Positions 49,001 to 61,087 of a DNA stretch of 64,000 nucleotides are shown here, in pieces; positions within the stretch are counted from its first letter, which is position 1; each line of letters begins with the position of its first letter. The notes beneath the pieces are model-generated. The model was given only the letters and a program-made list of their open reading frames with translations, had not been told where the DNA came from and made no database searches. The stretch spans positions 32,001 to 96,000 of the IMG/VR virus record IMGVR_UViG_3300042891_000377. One strand, given 5' to 3'. The DNA is from a virus. A program made the translations under genes and the position numbers.

Positions 49001-49029
49001 TTGACATTTTGATTAACTGAGTATATAAT
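49001..49029 (+). promoter_or_regulatory. Consensus sigma70 promoter (diverged cassette copy 7)
   Basis: TTGACA-N17-TATAAT. Confidence 0.75.
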
Positions 49030-49063
49030 AGCATTTGTAAGTTAATAATCAATAAGGAAAAAT

Positions 49064-50272
49064 ATGAGCTATCCAGACAAAGATCCTAAAGATATTTATG
49101 GACAAGACCTTATTAAGGTATTTGGACCGCAGGCACAGCGTAGACATATCAGTACGTTGACTGCACAAGAAAAGCAAGCTATCTTGGACAAAGTACCCGA
49201 CTATGTTGAGACAGACGATTTAGGTAATAGACCTAGCTTTTTTCAAATTACCAATAAGATACTTTGGGTGCTACAACAAACACAGGCTTTAAATGGTATT
49301 GATTTAGATTGGTGCCCAACATTAGCTAACCGTGCAATGAAACGCCACCCGGATCATTATTTTCCTGTAAATAAAGCATATAAAAATAATTCAGTACAGC
49401 GTGGTATATGGTTACGTCACTTACTAGGCGATATTTTATTTCAATTTGACCCAAATCATGTGCTTATGGGTTTAGCACGTAAACTAAGCGATGGCACAGC
49501 TAACTTAAATAACGGGCAACATCGTACAGTAGGTTGTATTATTATAGGTATTAGAGAAGTGCCCATTGAATGGCAAGAAAGTGATTTAGAAAGTGTTGAC
49601 GTAGACTTGTATGCGACTGATAACCTACACACCCTTTCAGCTAGTCCGTTTGATGAGTTCCGTATCCAAGTGCGCCGTAATCAAGTGCGTAAAGCAGAAG
49701 GTCGTACAGACCTTATTGCAGATGATATTAAATGTGAACATATCTTTGATATTCATGCACGATATGGCAGTCGTTTTGTAGAAAAAGGCCAGGAAGAAAC
49801 ATTAGCACGTGAATGTACAGGTGTTGGTAACATGATCAAATACTATGACACATATGGTGCTGATATCTACGAACGTGCTGTTAGTATCTGTTGCAGTGTG
49901 TTTTCTAAGGCTACACTAGCAACTGGTAATGCTTGGGGCTTAATGGAGTTTTTACGCGAGCAAACCAATAATGGCAGTTGGGAAAATCCCGCCGAGTTAG
50001 ATTGGGCTGTTCAACAATCGCTACTATACAAATATAGCGATCCTAAGAAAAGTGGAATGCATTTAGATATTAAAAAAGCGTTTGTTGATTTCCTAGATAA
50101 CTCTAGTAAGGCAAACTTGTATATGGATTGTCCAGAGCCTCGTAGAATTGCTGGCGGAATTCTTAAGTTATGCCAAACATCTAACCCAGAATTAACATGG
50201 GCACCAGTTAACTATCAAGGTCGAGATGTATTAGATGCACTCAAGTCATTCTTTGTAATGCCTAAGGCCTAA
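49064..50272 (+). CDS. ParB/Srx-like N-terminal-domain protein
   Basis: VQR...FDP...NNGQHRT motif. Confidence 0.55.
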   Translation: MSYPDKDPKDIYGQDLIKVFGPQAQRRHISTLTAQEKQAILDKVPDYVETDDLGNRPSFFQITNKILWVLQQTQALNGIDLDWCPTLANRAMKRHPDHYFPVNKAYKNNSVQRGIWLRHLLGDILFQFDPNHVLMGLARKLSDGTANLNNGQHRTVGCIIIGIREVPIEWQESDLESVDVDLYATDNLHTLSASPFDEFRIQVRRNQVRKAEGRTDLIADDIKCEHIFDIHARYGSRFVEKGQEETLARECTGVGNMIKYYDTYGADIYERAVSICCSVFSKATLATGNAWGLMEFLREQTNNGSWENPAELDWAVQQSLLYKYSDPKKSGMHLDIKKAFVDFLDNSSKANLYMDCPEPRRIAGGILKLCQTSNPELTWAPVNYQGRDVLDALKSFFVMPKA

Positions 50273-50273
50273 A

Positions 50274-50792
50274 ATGGTGCATACTGAAATTAATCAGCAG
50301 ATACAGGATAGACGCCTACATTCTGGCAATGACGACGATACCTATTATAATGAATCCTTATATGGTTATGCCTGCGAAAACTTTACAGATCCGTATGTAC
50401 TATTCAAATTGGCTATCTACGGATATTATATGAAACGGTATAAATGGACTAAAGTTGAAGCAGATTGGTTTATTGATACCCAAAAGGAAAATTCAGTAAG
50501 TTGGACCGACGGTGTTCAAACATACTATTATGATTGGGGTAAAGGTAAAAATAAAGTAACAGATGATTATCTACACTATCCTAACCTAGATCATATTATT
50601 CCAGCTAGTATTGGGGAGAAACCAGATAACAGCCCGCAAAATTTCCGTATCCGTTGCCGTAGATTAAATGAAAATAGAGGCAATACCAACACAGATAAAG
50701 AACGTCGTGCTACTATAATCGATATGTATCTCGATATGGGTATAGAAGAACGTCGATCATTATTAAATTATCTATCAAATCTCTTGACATAA
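50274..50792 (+). CDS. HNH-like nuclease
   Basis: PNLDHIIP...DNSPQNFRIRCRRLNENRGN. Confidence 0.6.
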   Translation: MVHTEINQQIQDRRLHSGNDDDTYYNESLYGYACENFTDPYVLFKLAIYGYYMKRYKWTKVEADWFIDTQKENSVSWTDGVQTYYYDWGKGKNKVTDDYLHYPNLDHIIPASIGEKPDNSPQNFRIRCRRLNENRGNTNTDKERRATIIDMYLDMGIEERRSLLNYLSNLLT

Positions 50793-50812
50793 ATATTTTT
50801 CTGTAATACACT

Positions 50813-50869
50813 ATGTATTTCGTGCCTAACCTAGGGCGTGTACATATTTTTATTTGCTTAATAAAGGAG
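50813..50869 (+). promoter_or_regulatory. Structured groES leader; ROSE-like RNA thermometer
   Basis: Hairpin around TGCCTAACCTAGGG, then TTTGCTT-aata-AAGGAG. Confidence 0.55.
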
Positions 50870-50875
50870 TAACAA

Positions 50876-52784
<1,909 letters not shown>

Positions 52785-52807
52785 TTAACTATAAGTTAAT
52801 TGTTCCT

Positions 52808-52839
52808 AAAAATAGCACCTCCGGGTGCTATTTTTTTTT
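52808..52839 (+). terminator. Terminator after groEL
   Basis: AAAAATAGCAC-CTCCGG-GTGCTATTTTTTTTT. Confidence 0.85.
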
Positions 52840-52887
52840 GCCTGGAATAAATACTGTATAATTCATTAAATGGGGAATATAGGAACC

Positions 52888-54165
52888 ATGGCAAATAGTA
52901 ATTTCGTAGTACACAACGGGCTCACAGTTGGGCCGACAACAATCGATGCAACAAGCGGTAACGTTTCAATTCCGGTAGGAAAGATGATTACCATTGGTAA
53001 CATTATTTTACGTGATAACGGTGATGGACAATTAGCTGTACGTGACATCACAGACAACAGCGATGCAATCATCAATGCTACTTTAGATTCTGGATCACAG
53101 ACATTAGGTAATATTCAAATTGGTAATAACCATATTGAATCAATTAACGCCAACGGACAACTTAGTCTTCGTCCAAACGGTACCGGTAATATTGCGCTTA
53201 GTTCAAATACCATTGATGTTGGGCGAGGCGGAGTCACAACTATTTCAACAGGCGGTACCTTCACAGGCGCTAATTTAACATTAGCACCGGGCGGAGCAGG
53301 ATTTGTTGTTGTTACTGGTAATTTACAAGTTAGTGGTAATTTTGTTGTTAATGGTACTACAACAAATATTAACTCAACGAATTTAGTTATTGAGGATAAA
53401 AATATTGTCCTTGCTGACGTTGCTGCACCTGATAATACTACTGCGGATGGTGGTGGTATTACACTTAAAGGTGCTACAGATAAAACTCTTAATTGGGTTA
53501 ATGCAACTGCTGCATGGACATCATCTGAAGACTTTGCCTTGGCATCTGGTAAAGTTTATAAGATTAATGGTACCTCAGTATTAAGCTCAACTACACTAGG
53601 ATCTGGCGTAACAGGTTCTAGTTTAACTTCAGTTGGTACGTTGACTGCACTTACAGTTAGCGGTGCAATCACAGTTAACAGCGGTAATGGTGTTACAGCC
53701 TTAATTAACGGTGGTACTAACGGAGTAGGTAATATTGGTTCATCAACTACAGGGTTTAACACAGTATTTGCTAAATCGACATCAGCACAATATGCTGACT
53801 TGGCAGAAAACTATCAAGCAGATGCAGCGTATACACCGGGCACAGTGGTACACTTTGGTGGTGAGTTCGAAGTTACAGCATGTGATACGGATATGTGTAC
53901 TCGTGTGGCAGGTGTTGTATCTACTGCTCCGGCACACTTAATGAACACTGGTTTAGCGGGTGACAACGTAGTAGCACTAGCATTAACGGGTCGTGTTCCA
54001 TGTCTAGTACAAGGCAATGTACGTAAAGGTGACATGATGGTAAGTGCAGGCAATGGCCGAGCAAGAGCAGAAGCTAATCCAAGTGTCGGATCAGTAATTG
54101 GTAAAGCAATAGAAAACTTTGATGGTCTAGAAGGCGTTATTGAAGTAGTGGTAGGCATTAGGTAA
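52888..54165 (+). CDS. Tail fibre/virion protein with C-terminal autocleavage chaperone-like domain
   Basis: Gly/Thr/Asn-rich; SAQYADLAE...GVVSTAPA.LMN...ALTGRVPC. Confidence 0.75.
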   Translation: MANSNFVVHNGLTVGPTTIDATSGNVSIPVGKMITIGNIILRDNGDGQLAVRDITDNSDAIINATLDSGSQTLGNIQIGNNHIESINANGQLSLRPNGTGNIALSSNTIDVGRGGVTTISTGGTFTGANLTLAPGGAGFVVVTGNLQVSGNFVVNGTTTNINSTNLVIEDKNIVLADVAAPDNTTADGGGITLKGATDKTLNWVNATAAWTSSEDFALASGKVYKINGTSVLSSTTLGSGVTGSSLTSVGTLTALTVSGAITVNSGNGVTALINGGTNGVGNIGSSTTGFNTVFAKSTSAQYADLAENYQADAAYTPGTVVHFGGEFEVTACDTDMCTRVAGVVSTAPAHLMNTGLAGDNVVALALTGRVPCLVQGNVRKGDMMVSAGNGRARAEANPSVGSVIGKAIENFDGLEGVIEVVVGIR

Positions 54166-54190
54166 TTAAACACTAAAATAGTATTAAAAT

Positions 54191-54226
54191 AGAATAGGAC
54201 CTTAGGGTCCTATTTTCGTATAAATA
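54191..54226 (+). promoter_or_regulatory. Terminator hairpin followed by late promoter TATAAATA
   Basis: AATAGGACC-TTAG-GGTCCTATTTT; TATAAATA 54219-54226. Confidence 0.7.
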
Positions 54227-54249
54227 CTTAGAATAATACGAGAATCTCA

Positions 54250-55215
54250 ATGGCATTAACTAGACCAACCGCAGCTCAGATTAATACAGTGATCACATCC
54301 ATCAGTGATCCAATAATGGTATTAAATCAAGGTAGCACTGCAGCCAATATAGACATTGGTTTTGTAATGAATCGTACCAATGGTACAGTGGCTAATATAG
54401 CACTATTTTGGGATGAAAGTGCTAATACTTTTGCTACAGCATTTACTACGAATTCGGGTAGAACTGATGCTAATATTACAATTAGTGAATATGCTAATAT
54501 TAAAGCAGGTACAATATTTGGTAACATTGGCGGCGGAAGTACATTAAGTAATGTCTATGTTACTGGCAGTCTGTTACCTGCAGCAAATGTCACGTTTGAT
54601 CTAGGCAGCCCAACCCAACGTTGGCGTGAGGGGTGGTTTAGCGGTAGTACAATCCACATCGGTAGTGAATCTATCAGTGTAGACACCAATGGTAAATGGA
54701 TGTTTACCAGTGATGGAACCACTGTAGAGTTAGGTAAAAATAATGATTTCAATCCGCCCAATGCAAACGTTTCTGGTGCAGTTACCGCAGGTAGTATTAA
54801 TGTCACTGGGTTTGTGTCACAGGGAACAGGAACGTATGTAACACGTCAATATGTCCTACACGGCACAACAACTAATGCTACAGAAACAGAGATACTAACA
54901 GTAGGTGCAGGTACAAGAATGCCTGTAAATACAAATACCACGGTACTGTATGATATACATATCGTAGCAAGAAGAACTGATGCCACCGGTGAATCTGCCG
55001 CATGGGAATTAGAAGGCTGTGCGGATAATTTTTCAGGTACAGTAGCTGACGTTGGCGATGTGTACGAAATTGTTGTAGCACAAGATGATGTAACATGGGA
55101 TGTTGATGCTAGAGCAGACGACACAAATAATAGTATAAACTTGTATGTTACAGGTGCAGCAAATAAAACAATCCGCTGGACCGCAGTGGTTAAAACAATT
55201 GAGGTAGCAGAATAA
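54250..55215 (+). CDS. Virion/tail fibre protein
   Basis: MALTR start, FDLGSPTQRWR fibre motif. Confidence 0.65.
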   Translation: MALTRPTAAQINTVITSISDPIMVLNQGSTAANIDIGFVMNRTNGTVANIALFWDESANTFATAFTTNSGRTDANITISEYANIKAGTIFGNIGGGSTLSNVYVTGSLLPAANVTFDLGSPTQRWREGWFSGSTIHIGSESISVDTNGKWMFTSDGTTVELGKNNDFNPPNANVSGAVTAGSINVTGFVSQGTGTYVTRQYVLHGTTTNATETEILTVGAGTRMPVNTNTTVLYDIHIVARRTDATGESAAWELEGCADNFSGTVADVGDVYEIVVAQDDVTWDVDARADDTNNSINLYVTGAANKTIRWTAVVKTIEVAE

Positions 55216-57194
55216 TGTCGGCACGTATACGTTCATTTAAATTTGACAATGTATCAAAGAAAATATCTATTGCAGGGCAGGTAGTATCCGATGGATCAAC
55301 TAGTACCCCTACAGTATCTGGTAATTTGTCAGCAAATACGCAGGGTAATATTACTTCTGTGGGTACATTAAGCTCGCTGGTTGTAACTGGTAATATATCA
55401 GCAGCAAATTACAATTATGCCAATGGTGTTAGTATATTAGCAGGGGTTATAGCTAATGCAGGAGCACAGTCTGCATCAATAGCATCGCTGAATACAACTA
55501 AGGCAAATCTGAGTGGTGCAACATTCTCTGGACCAGTTACGACTACAGAATTATTTGTTACATCCCCGGGTGGTGACGAGGGTGGACAACTTAACCTAGC
55601 TCCGTCAGCGACCAATACTACTTTAGCTGGCAATGTTGTTATTGATGTATTCCAAAATAGATTAAGAATTTTCGAAGGAGGCGGAACAGCTCGCGGTGGA
55701 TATTTTGATCTATCAGGATTAAGTGCAGGTGTAGGTACTAACCTAGCCGCAGGCGGTGGCGGTTCTCCGGGCGGAACAAATTCACAAATACAATTTAATA
55801 ATTCTTCTTCGTTTGGTGGTGCATTAAGTTTATATTACTTTTCAGGTAATGGTGTAGTTTTAGCCAACGCTGCCGTTGCATCAACTTCAACTACGACCGG
55901 TGCACTGCAAGTATCTGGTGGTATTGGTGTAGCTGGTAATGTGTGGTGTGGTCAAGTTTATTCAACTAATAATGGCAACGGTACTAACTATAGAATCGGT
56001 GATGACGCTTGGTTGGGTGATGTGAATACAGCAGATACTGCACAAATAATGGGCGCACAGAATGGTAATAATGGTTATTTACGATTTGGTAATGTAGGTA
56101 CAGAAACATTAGGTCGTGCCGGTAGTGGTGCGTTAACCTGGACAGGTACGTTCTCTGCGGGCAACATTAATTCCGATAATCATAATTATGCAAATGGTAC
56201 TTCGATAATTACCACATTATCAACTACTATTACCACTGCTAACACTAACATGAAAGGATATGTTGATGGGCAGATATCGACTACTAGTTCATCAGTAACC
56301 ACAGCCAACACCAACATGAAAGGATATGTTGATGCGGCTAATACTATACAGTCAAATCAAATAGCAGGTGCCAATGCTGCTATAGTTACTGCTAACACAG
56401 CACTTAAAGGTTATACTGATGCTGCAATTACTACAGTTACCAATTCAGTTACTGGTGCTAATGCCGCAATACCTGTCTATACTGCTGGTATCACTGCTCC
56501 AAGTAGCCCAAAATCAAATGATGTATGGTACGATACTGCAACAGATATAACATTTTTATATATAAACGATGGTGATAGTAATCAATGGGTTGATATAACA
56601 TCAACTCCGCTAAATGTTGCAGTATCTACGGTAACCGGAACCACGTTAAGTATTTCGGGCGCCGGATCTATAGGTACTACATTTAGTTCTGGAGCACATA
56701 CTATTACTGGTAGTCCTACTACTGCCCTTATTAATGGTGGTACAAATGGAGTAGGGAATATCGGAGCTAGTGGTGCTACATTTAATACTATATTTGCAAA
56801 ATCAACTTCGGCTCAATATGCCGATTTGGCAGAAAAATATACATCAGATAATGAGTATAACCCAGGTACTGTTTTAATATTTGGAGGATTACAGGAAGTT
56901 ACAATATCAACCAACTCGCATGATCCTACGGTTGCTGGGGTCGTAACTACAAATCCTGCATATCTAATGAATAATGATATTATCGGAGTAGCAGTTGCAC
57001 TAACCGGAAGAGTACCATGTCAAGTAAAGGGGCCGGTAAATAAAGGTGATAGATTAGTTTCCAGTAGCACTCATGGTACAGCACAACGATTAAGTATGAG
57101 TGAATATACTCCGGGTTGTATAATAGGTAAGAGCTTAGAAACAATCGAAACTAACGAAATTAAATTAATTGAAGTAGCAATAGGAAGATTTTAA
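55215..57194 (+). CDS. Tail fibre protein with TANT(N/A)(M/L)KGY.D repeats and autocleavage domain
   Basis: STSTTTGALQVSGGIG; three coiled repeats at ~56235-56420; SAQYADLAE. Confidence 0.75.
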   Translation: MSARIRSFKFDNVSKKISIAGQVVSDGSTSTPTVSGNLSANTQGNITSVGTLSSLVVTGNISAANYNYANGVSILAGVIANAGAQSASIASLNTTKANLSGATFSGPVTTTELFVTSPGGDEGGQLNLAPSATNTTLAGNVVIDVFQNRLRIFEGGGTARGGYFDLSGLSAGVGTNLAAGGGGSPGGTNSQIQFNNSSSFGGALSLYYFSGNGVVLANAAVASTSTTTGALQVSGGIGVAGNVWCGQVYSTNNGNGTNYRIGDDAWLGDVNTADTAQIMGAQNGNNGYLRFGNVGTETLGRAGSGALTWTGTFSAGNINSDNHNYANGTSIITTLSTTITTANTNMKGYVDGQISTTSSSVTTANTNMKGYVDAANTIQSNQIAGANAAIVTANTALKGYTDAAITTVTNSVTGANAAIPVYTAGITAPSSPKSNDVWYDTATDITFLYINDGDSNQWVDITSTPLNVAVSTVTGTTLSISGAGSIGTTFSSGAHTITGSPTTALINGGTNGVGNIGASGATFNTIFAKSTSAQYADLAEKYTSDNEYNPGTVLIFGGLQEVTISTNSHDPTVAGVVTTNPAYLMNNDIIGVAVALTGRVPCQVKGPVNKGDRLVSSSTHGTAQRLSMSEYTPGCIIGKSLETIETNEIKLIEVAIGRF

Positions 57195-57196
57195 TC

Positions 57197-57955
57197 ATGG
57201 CAGGATTTCCAACTGGTCCAACCAATGGGCAACAAGTAACAGCAAATGGAATTACATACACTTATAATAGTACCAAAACAGCTTGGGTGCGCAATACTAC
57301 AGCTGGTACAAACTTAACAGCGGCAAGTTTAGCAGTTACAAATAGTACAGCAAGTACTAGTTCGGCCTCGGGTGCCTTAATAGTAACAGGCGGTGTGGGC
57401 ATTGGCGGTAATTTATATGTTGCCGGAGCAATAAACATTGCTACATTAGGAGTAACTACGCTTACAGTTAGTACAACTTCGTCGCTTGCCGCTGCAACAG
57501 CCGCATCTTTATCTACAGCAACAATAGTGGCATCAGGTACAACGCAAGTGCAGTCACTTGGTATAGGTACTGCTGCAAGTGGAATAACAGGTGAGATACG
57601 TGCAACAAATGCCATTACAGCATTTTATTCAGACAAACGATTAAAAACAAATTTCAAAACAATTGAAAACCCATTAGACAAAGTAGATCAACTTACTGGA
57701 CTAATGTACACACAAAATGCATTAGCTGAACAGTTTGGGTATAATGATTACTCACAACAAGTTGGCGTGTTTGCACAAGATGTACAACAAGTACAACCAG
57801 AAGCAGTCAAACCTGCTCCATTTGATATTGCTGAAGATGGTACAAGTAGTTCGGGCGAAAACTACCTTACTGTACAATACGAAAAATTAATTCCGTTATT
57901 AATCGAAGCAATTAAAGAATTAAGGGCTGAAGTAAATCAGTTAAAAGGACTTTAA
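57197..57955 (+). CDS. Tail fibre protein with peptidase S74 intramolecular chaperone
   Basis: YSDKRLK.N, GVFAQDVQ.V.PEAV, Y.KLIPLLIEAIKEL. Confidence 0.85.
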   Translation: MAGFPTGPTNGQQVTANGITYTYNSTKTAWVRNTTAGTNLTAASLAVTNSTASTSSASGALIVTGGVGIGGNLYVAGAINIATLGVTTLTVSTTSSLAAATAASLSTATIVASGTTQVQSLGIGTAASGITGEIRATNAITAFYSDKRLKTNFKTIENPLDKVDQLTGLMYTQNALAEQFGYNDYSQQVGVFAQDVQQVQPEAVKPAPFDIAEDGTSSSGENYLTVQYEKLIPLLIEAIKELRAEVNQLKGL

Positions 57956-57956
57956 C

Positions 57957-59276
57957 GTGGCAGTTAGCTTAACTACTTCTAACTATAATCTATTAGACCC
58001 ATCATCTTGGACTGCTGGATCTGGCAGTGTTGGTATATTTTCTGCAAATGGTGATACTGGAGAACAAAACAGATATATTGGCACGGATCCCTGGGGCAAT
58101 GCTGCAATGGTTTGGCAATCAGTTCCATCGGGCAATAGTGGAGCCGACGGCGGATGGAACACTAGTGGAGTATCTATCGATTCATCTAAATTATATAGAT
58201 TTTCTGTCTGGGTTAAACGAACATCAGCAACTGGCGGCGGAACATTCTACTTTGGTCTACAAAGCAGTTCGGGTTCTACAGTAGGATTAGATAATGATGT
58301 TGTAAATACCAACCCATATTTTGATTATCGCGGAACTTCTGCGTTAACACAAAATCAATGGTATCTTTTTGTGGGTCATTGTTATCCAGCAACATATTAT
58401 AGTCGGTTGCCACACGACGACAGTGGATATTATACCACCTCAGGAAGAGTTGGGTGGAATGCAGGTAATGTACCAAACGATTGTAGGTGGGTAGCAGGAA
58501 CAACTACTGCGGTGCATCGAACATATCATTACTATTGTGCAGAGGCTACTACCCATCTTGAATTTTTCTATCCGAGGATCGACTGCATTGACGGAACACA
58601 CCCGTCAATACAGAGGTTATTGTCTAATCCATCTGATTCGGAACGAATTACTTTTCCTGATTCTACGAGTCAAAGTACTAATTTTGACAGTGCAAAAGAT
58701 GCCGGAAAACTAATGTCTACTACAACATTTACGAGTTCAGGTACCTGGATTAAACCACCGGCGTGTACTCGAATTATTGTTAAAGTAGTCGGCGCCGGCG
58801 GTGGCGCCTCTGGGTATTGCGAAAGTGGCGGCGCCGGCGGTTACTCAGAAAAAGTAATAGATGTTGCACAAATATCTACTGTTGCAGTTACAGTAGGCGG
58901 CGGTGGGGGTGCTGTTGGTTACTACGCAGCAGGTGGAAACGGTGGTACAAGTTCATTTGGGTCTTACTGCTCCGCCACCGGCGGGTATGGAGCAAACCAA
59001 CATGCAGGTCATACAGGTGGCCACGGTGGGGTTGGTTCTAGTGGTGATGTCAACTTTCTAGGTGGCACAGGGACTGGCCACGGAAATACTGGCGGCAGAG
59101 AAGCAGTTGGCACCGGCGGAGCGGGTTATTGGGGCGGCGGAAAAAGAGCATCACATTCCACTAATGCTGATGTTGGCTATTCAGCGCCAGGCGCTGGTGG
59201 ATGTGGCGGAGCAATGCAAGGATGGGTAGGCAGTGCAGGTGCCTCGGGATTAGTTGTTGTATATGAATATAGATAA
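57957..59276 (+). CDS. Virion protein: carbohydrate-binding-like N-terminus plus glycine-rich domain
   Basis: Trp/Tyr-rich beta domain; FTSSGTW.KP...GGGG repeats. Confidence 0.65.
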   Translation: MAVSLTTSNYNLLDPSSWTAGSGSVGIFSANGDTGEQNRYIGTDPWGNAAMVWQSVPSGNSGADGGWNTSGVSIDSSKLYRFSVWVKRTSATGGGTFYFGLQSSSGSTVGLDNDVVNTNPYFDYRGTSALTQNQWYLFVGHCYPATYYSRLPHDDSGYYTTSGRVGWNAGNVPNDCRWVAGTTTAVHRTYHYYCAEATTHLEFFYPRIDCIDGTHPSIQRLLSNPSDSERITFPDSTSQSTNFDSAKDAGKLMSTTTFTSSGTWIKPPACTRIIVKVVGAGGGASGYCESGGAGGYSEKVIDVAQISTVAVTVGGGGGAVGYYAAGGNGGTSSFGSYCSATGGYGANQHAGHTGGHGGVGSSGDVNFLGGTGTGHGNTGGREAVGTGGAGYWGGGKRASHSTNADVGYSAPGAGGCGGAMQGWVGSAGASGLVVVYEYR

Positions 59277-59285
59277 GGAATTATC

Positions 59286-59957
59286 ATGGCAATTACATTA
59301 ACCGCAACAGGAATCACTTTTCCTGATTCTACGAGTCAAAGTACCAAATTTGACAGTACGATAGATGTGGGTAGAATTATTAATATAACTTCATTTACTA
59401 CAACGGGTACTTGGACCAAACCTGCTGGGTGTACGTCTGTGTTAGTTAAACTTGTGGGCGGTGGCGGTGGCGCCGCTGGGTATTGCGAAAGTGGCGGCGG
59501 TGGCGGTTATTCGGAAAAGGTTATTGATGTCACAGCAGTTGCCACAGTTGCAGTTACAGTAGGCGGTGGTGGTTCCTCGGTTGGTTACTACGCAGCTGGC
59601 GCAGCTGGTGGTACAAGTTCATTTGGTGCATACTGTTCTGCAACTGGTGGTGGTGGTGCAAATACAGGAGGTTCTCACTGTGGCGGCAACCCGGGATTAG
59701 GCAGTGGCGGAAGTATAAATCTATATGGCGGAGTCGGAACAGGTCACACAAACCATGGTGGCCATTTCCCTGGTGGTCAAGGCGGCGGAACATTCTTTGG
59801 GTCGAGTGGCACAGTAAATCGAGCCACCACAAGTAATAAATTATATAACGGATCACCAGGAACAGGCGGGCCTGGTGGTAGAACAAATGATGGCAGCGGC
59901 GGCGCTGGTATTGCAAATGGCGAGTCCGGTCTTGTTATCGTTTATGCATATAGTTGA
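59286..59957 (+). CDS. Glycine-rich virion protein (paralog 2)
   Basis: ITFPDST, FTTTGTWTKP, YCESGGGGG. Confidence 0.7.
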   Translation: MAITLTATGITFPDSTSQSTKFDSTIDVGRIINITSFTTTGTWTKPAGCTSVLVKLVGGGGGAAGYCESGGGGGYSEKVIDVTAVATVAVTVGGGGSSVGYYAAGAAGGTSSFGAYCSATGGGGANTGGSHCGGNPGLGSGGSINLYGGVGTGHTNHGGHFPGGQGGGTFFGSSGTVNRATTSNKLYNGSPGTGGPGGRTNDGSGGAGIANGESGLVIVYAYS

Positions 59958-59966
59958 GGGAATAAC

Positions 59967-60629
59967 ATGGCAATCACATTAGGTATAAATGGTATTACTT
60001 TTTCAGATAATTCGATACAATTATCTAATTTTGACAGCTCGATTAGTACAGGTAAGTTATTATCTATATCGACCTTTACAGCATCAGGCACATGGACTAA
60101 ACCATCTGGCTGTACGAATATTGTAGTTAAAGTTGTTGGTGGTGGTGGTGGTGGTTCATCATACTGTGAAAGTGGTGGTGGTGGTGGATTTAGTGAAAAG
60201 AGGCTGGATGTAACCGCAGTTTCTACTGTTGCAGTTACAGTAGGTGGCGGCGGCCTATTAGCAGCTTATTCCGGCGGCAACGCTGGTGGTACAAGTTCAT
60301 TTGGTGCATACTGTTCTGCCACTGGTGGATATGGATCTAATCAGAATCTTGGTCATACAGGTGGGTTTGGTGGTGTTGGATCTGGCGGCGATATTAATCT
60401 ATACGGTGGATCCGGAACCGGTCATGGTAATTCTATGGGCAACGGAGCAATAGGTAAAGGCGGCCCTAGTTATTGGGGCGGAAATTCTAATTTAACTGGA
60501 CGACATCAAAATCCTGGTGGAACAAGAACAGCGGCACCTGGAGCAGGTGGTACAGGCGGTGTTACAAACGAAAATTTAGGTGGCCAAGGTGGGATGAATG
60601 GGCTAGTAGTTGTATGGGAATATAAATAA
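59967..60629 (+). CDS. Glycine-rich virion protein (paralog 3)
   Basis: ITFSD, FTASGTWTKP, YCESGGGGG. Confidence 0.7.
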   Translation: MAITLGINGITFSDNSIQLSNFDSSISTGKLLSISTFTASGTWTKPSGCTNIVVKVVGGGGGGSSYCESGGGGGFSEKRLDVTAVSTVAVTVGGGGLLAAYSGGNAGGTSSFGAYCSATGGYGSNQNLGHTGGFGGVGSGGDINLYGGSGTGHGNSMGNGAIGKGGPSYWGGNSNLTGRHQNPGGTRTAAPGAGGTGGVTNENLGGQGGMNGLVVVWEYK

Positions 60630-60643
60630 AGGAGTGCAGTAAA

Positions 60644-61051
60644 ATGAAAAGAGCATTAATACATAGTGCAGAACCAGGTAGAGTTTGTGACGTAGTAGAG
60701 ATTGGTAGTGAATTTGAAGTATCCCCAGATTTTAGTTGGATTGATTGCCCAGACGATACAACATCATCGCACACCTATGATGCAGACACACAGACATTTA
60801 AAGCATTTGATATGTTATCAATGCCGGGGTTTACTGAAAATGCATATAAAATTGCACGTTCGATTGCATATACAGACATTGGTAATCAATTGGATATGTT
60901 ATATAAAGAATTGCAAGCAACGGGTACAATTAGCAATGTTGGTCCGTGGTCAACACACATAACAGCAGTTAAAGGTGCAATACCAAAAGATGATCCTGCC
61001 GCAGTACTAGCGTGGAATATTGCACAGGTGCAAGCAAATAACCCGCAATAG
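60644..61051 (+). CDS. Tail-fibre-associated hypothetical protein
   Basis: AAGGAG RBS; R..AY.DIGNQLDMLY...W..HI.AVK..IPK. Confidence 0.6.
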   Translation: MKRALIHSAEPGRVCDVVEIGSEFEVSPDFSWIDCPDDTTSSHTYDADTQTFKAFDMLSMPGFTENAYKIARSIAYTDIGNQLDMLYKELQATGTISNVGPWSTHITAVKGAIPKDDPAAVLAWNIAQVQANNPQ

Positions 61052-61087
61052 GTTGTAATACACAATCGTTTCGTGTATAATATTAGT

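Noticed and set aside
58650-60400. Diversity-generating retroelement TR/VR pair
   Set aside because: Differences between copies are largely synonymous and not adenine-specific; all copies are coding; no reverse transcriptase in the window
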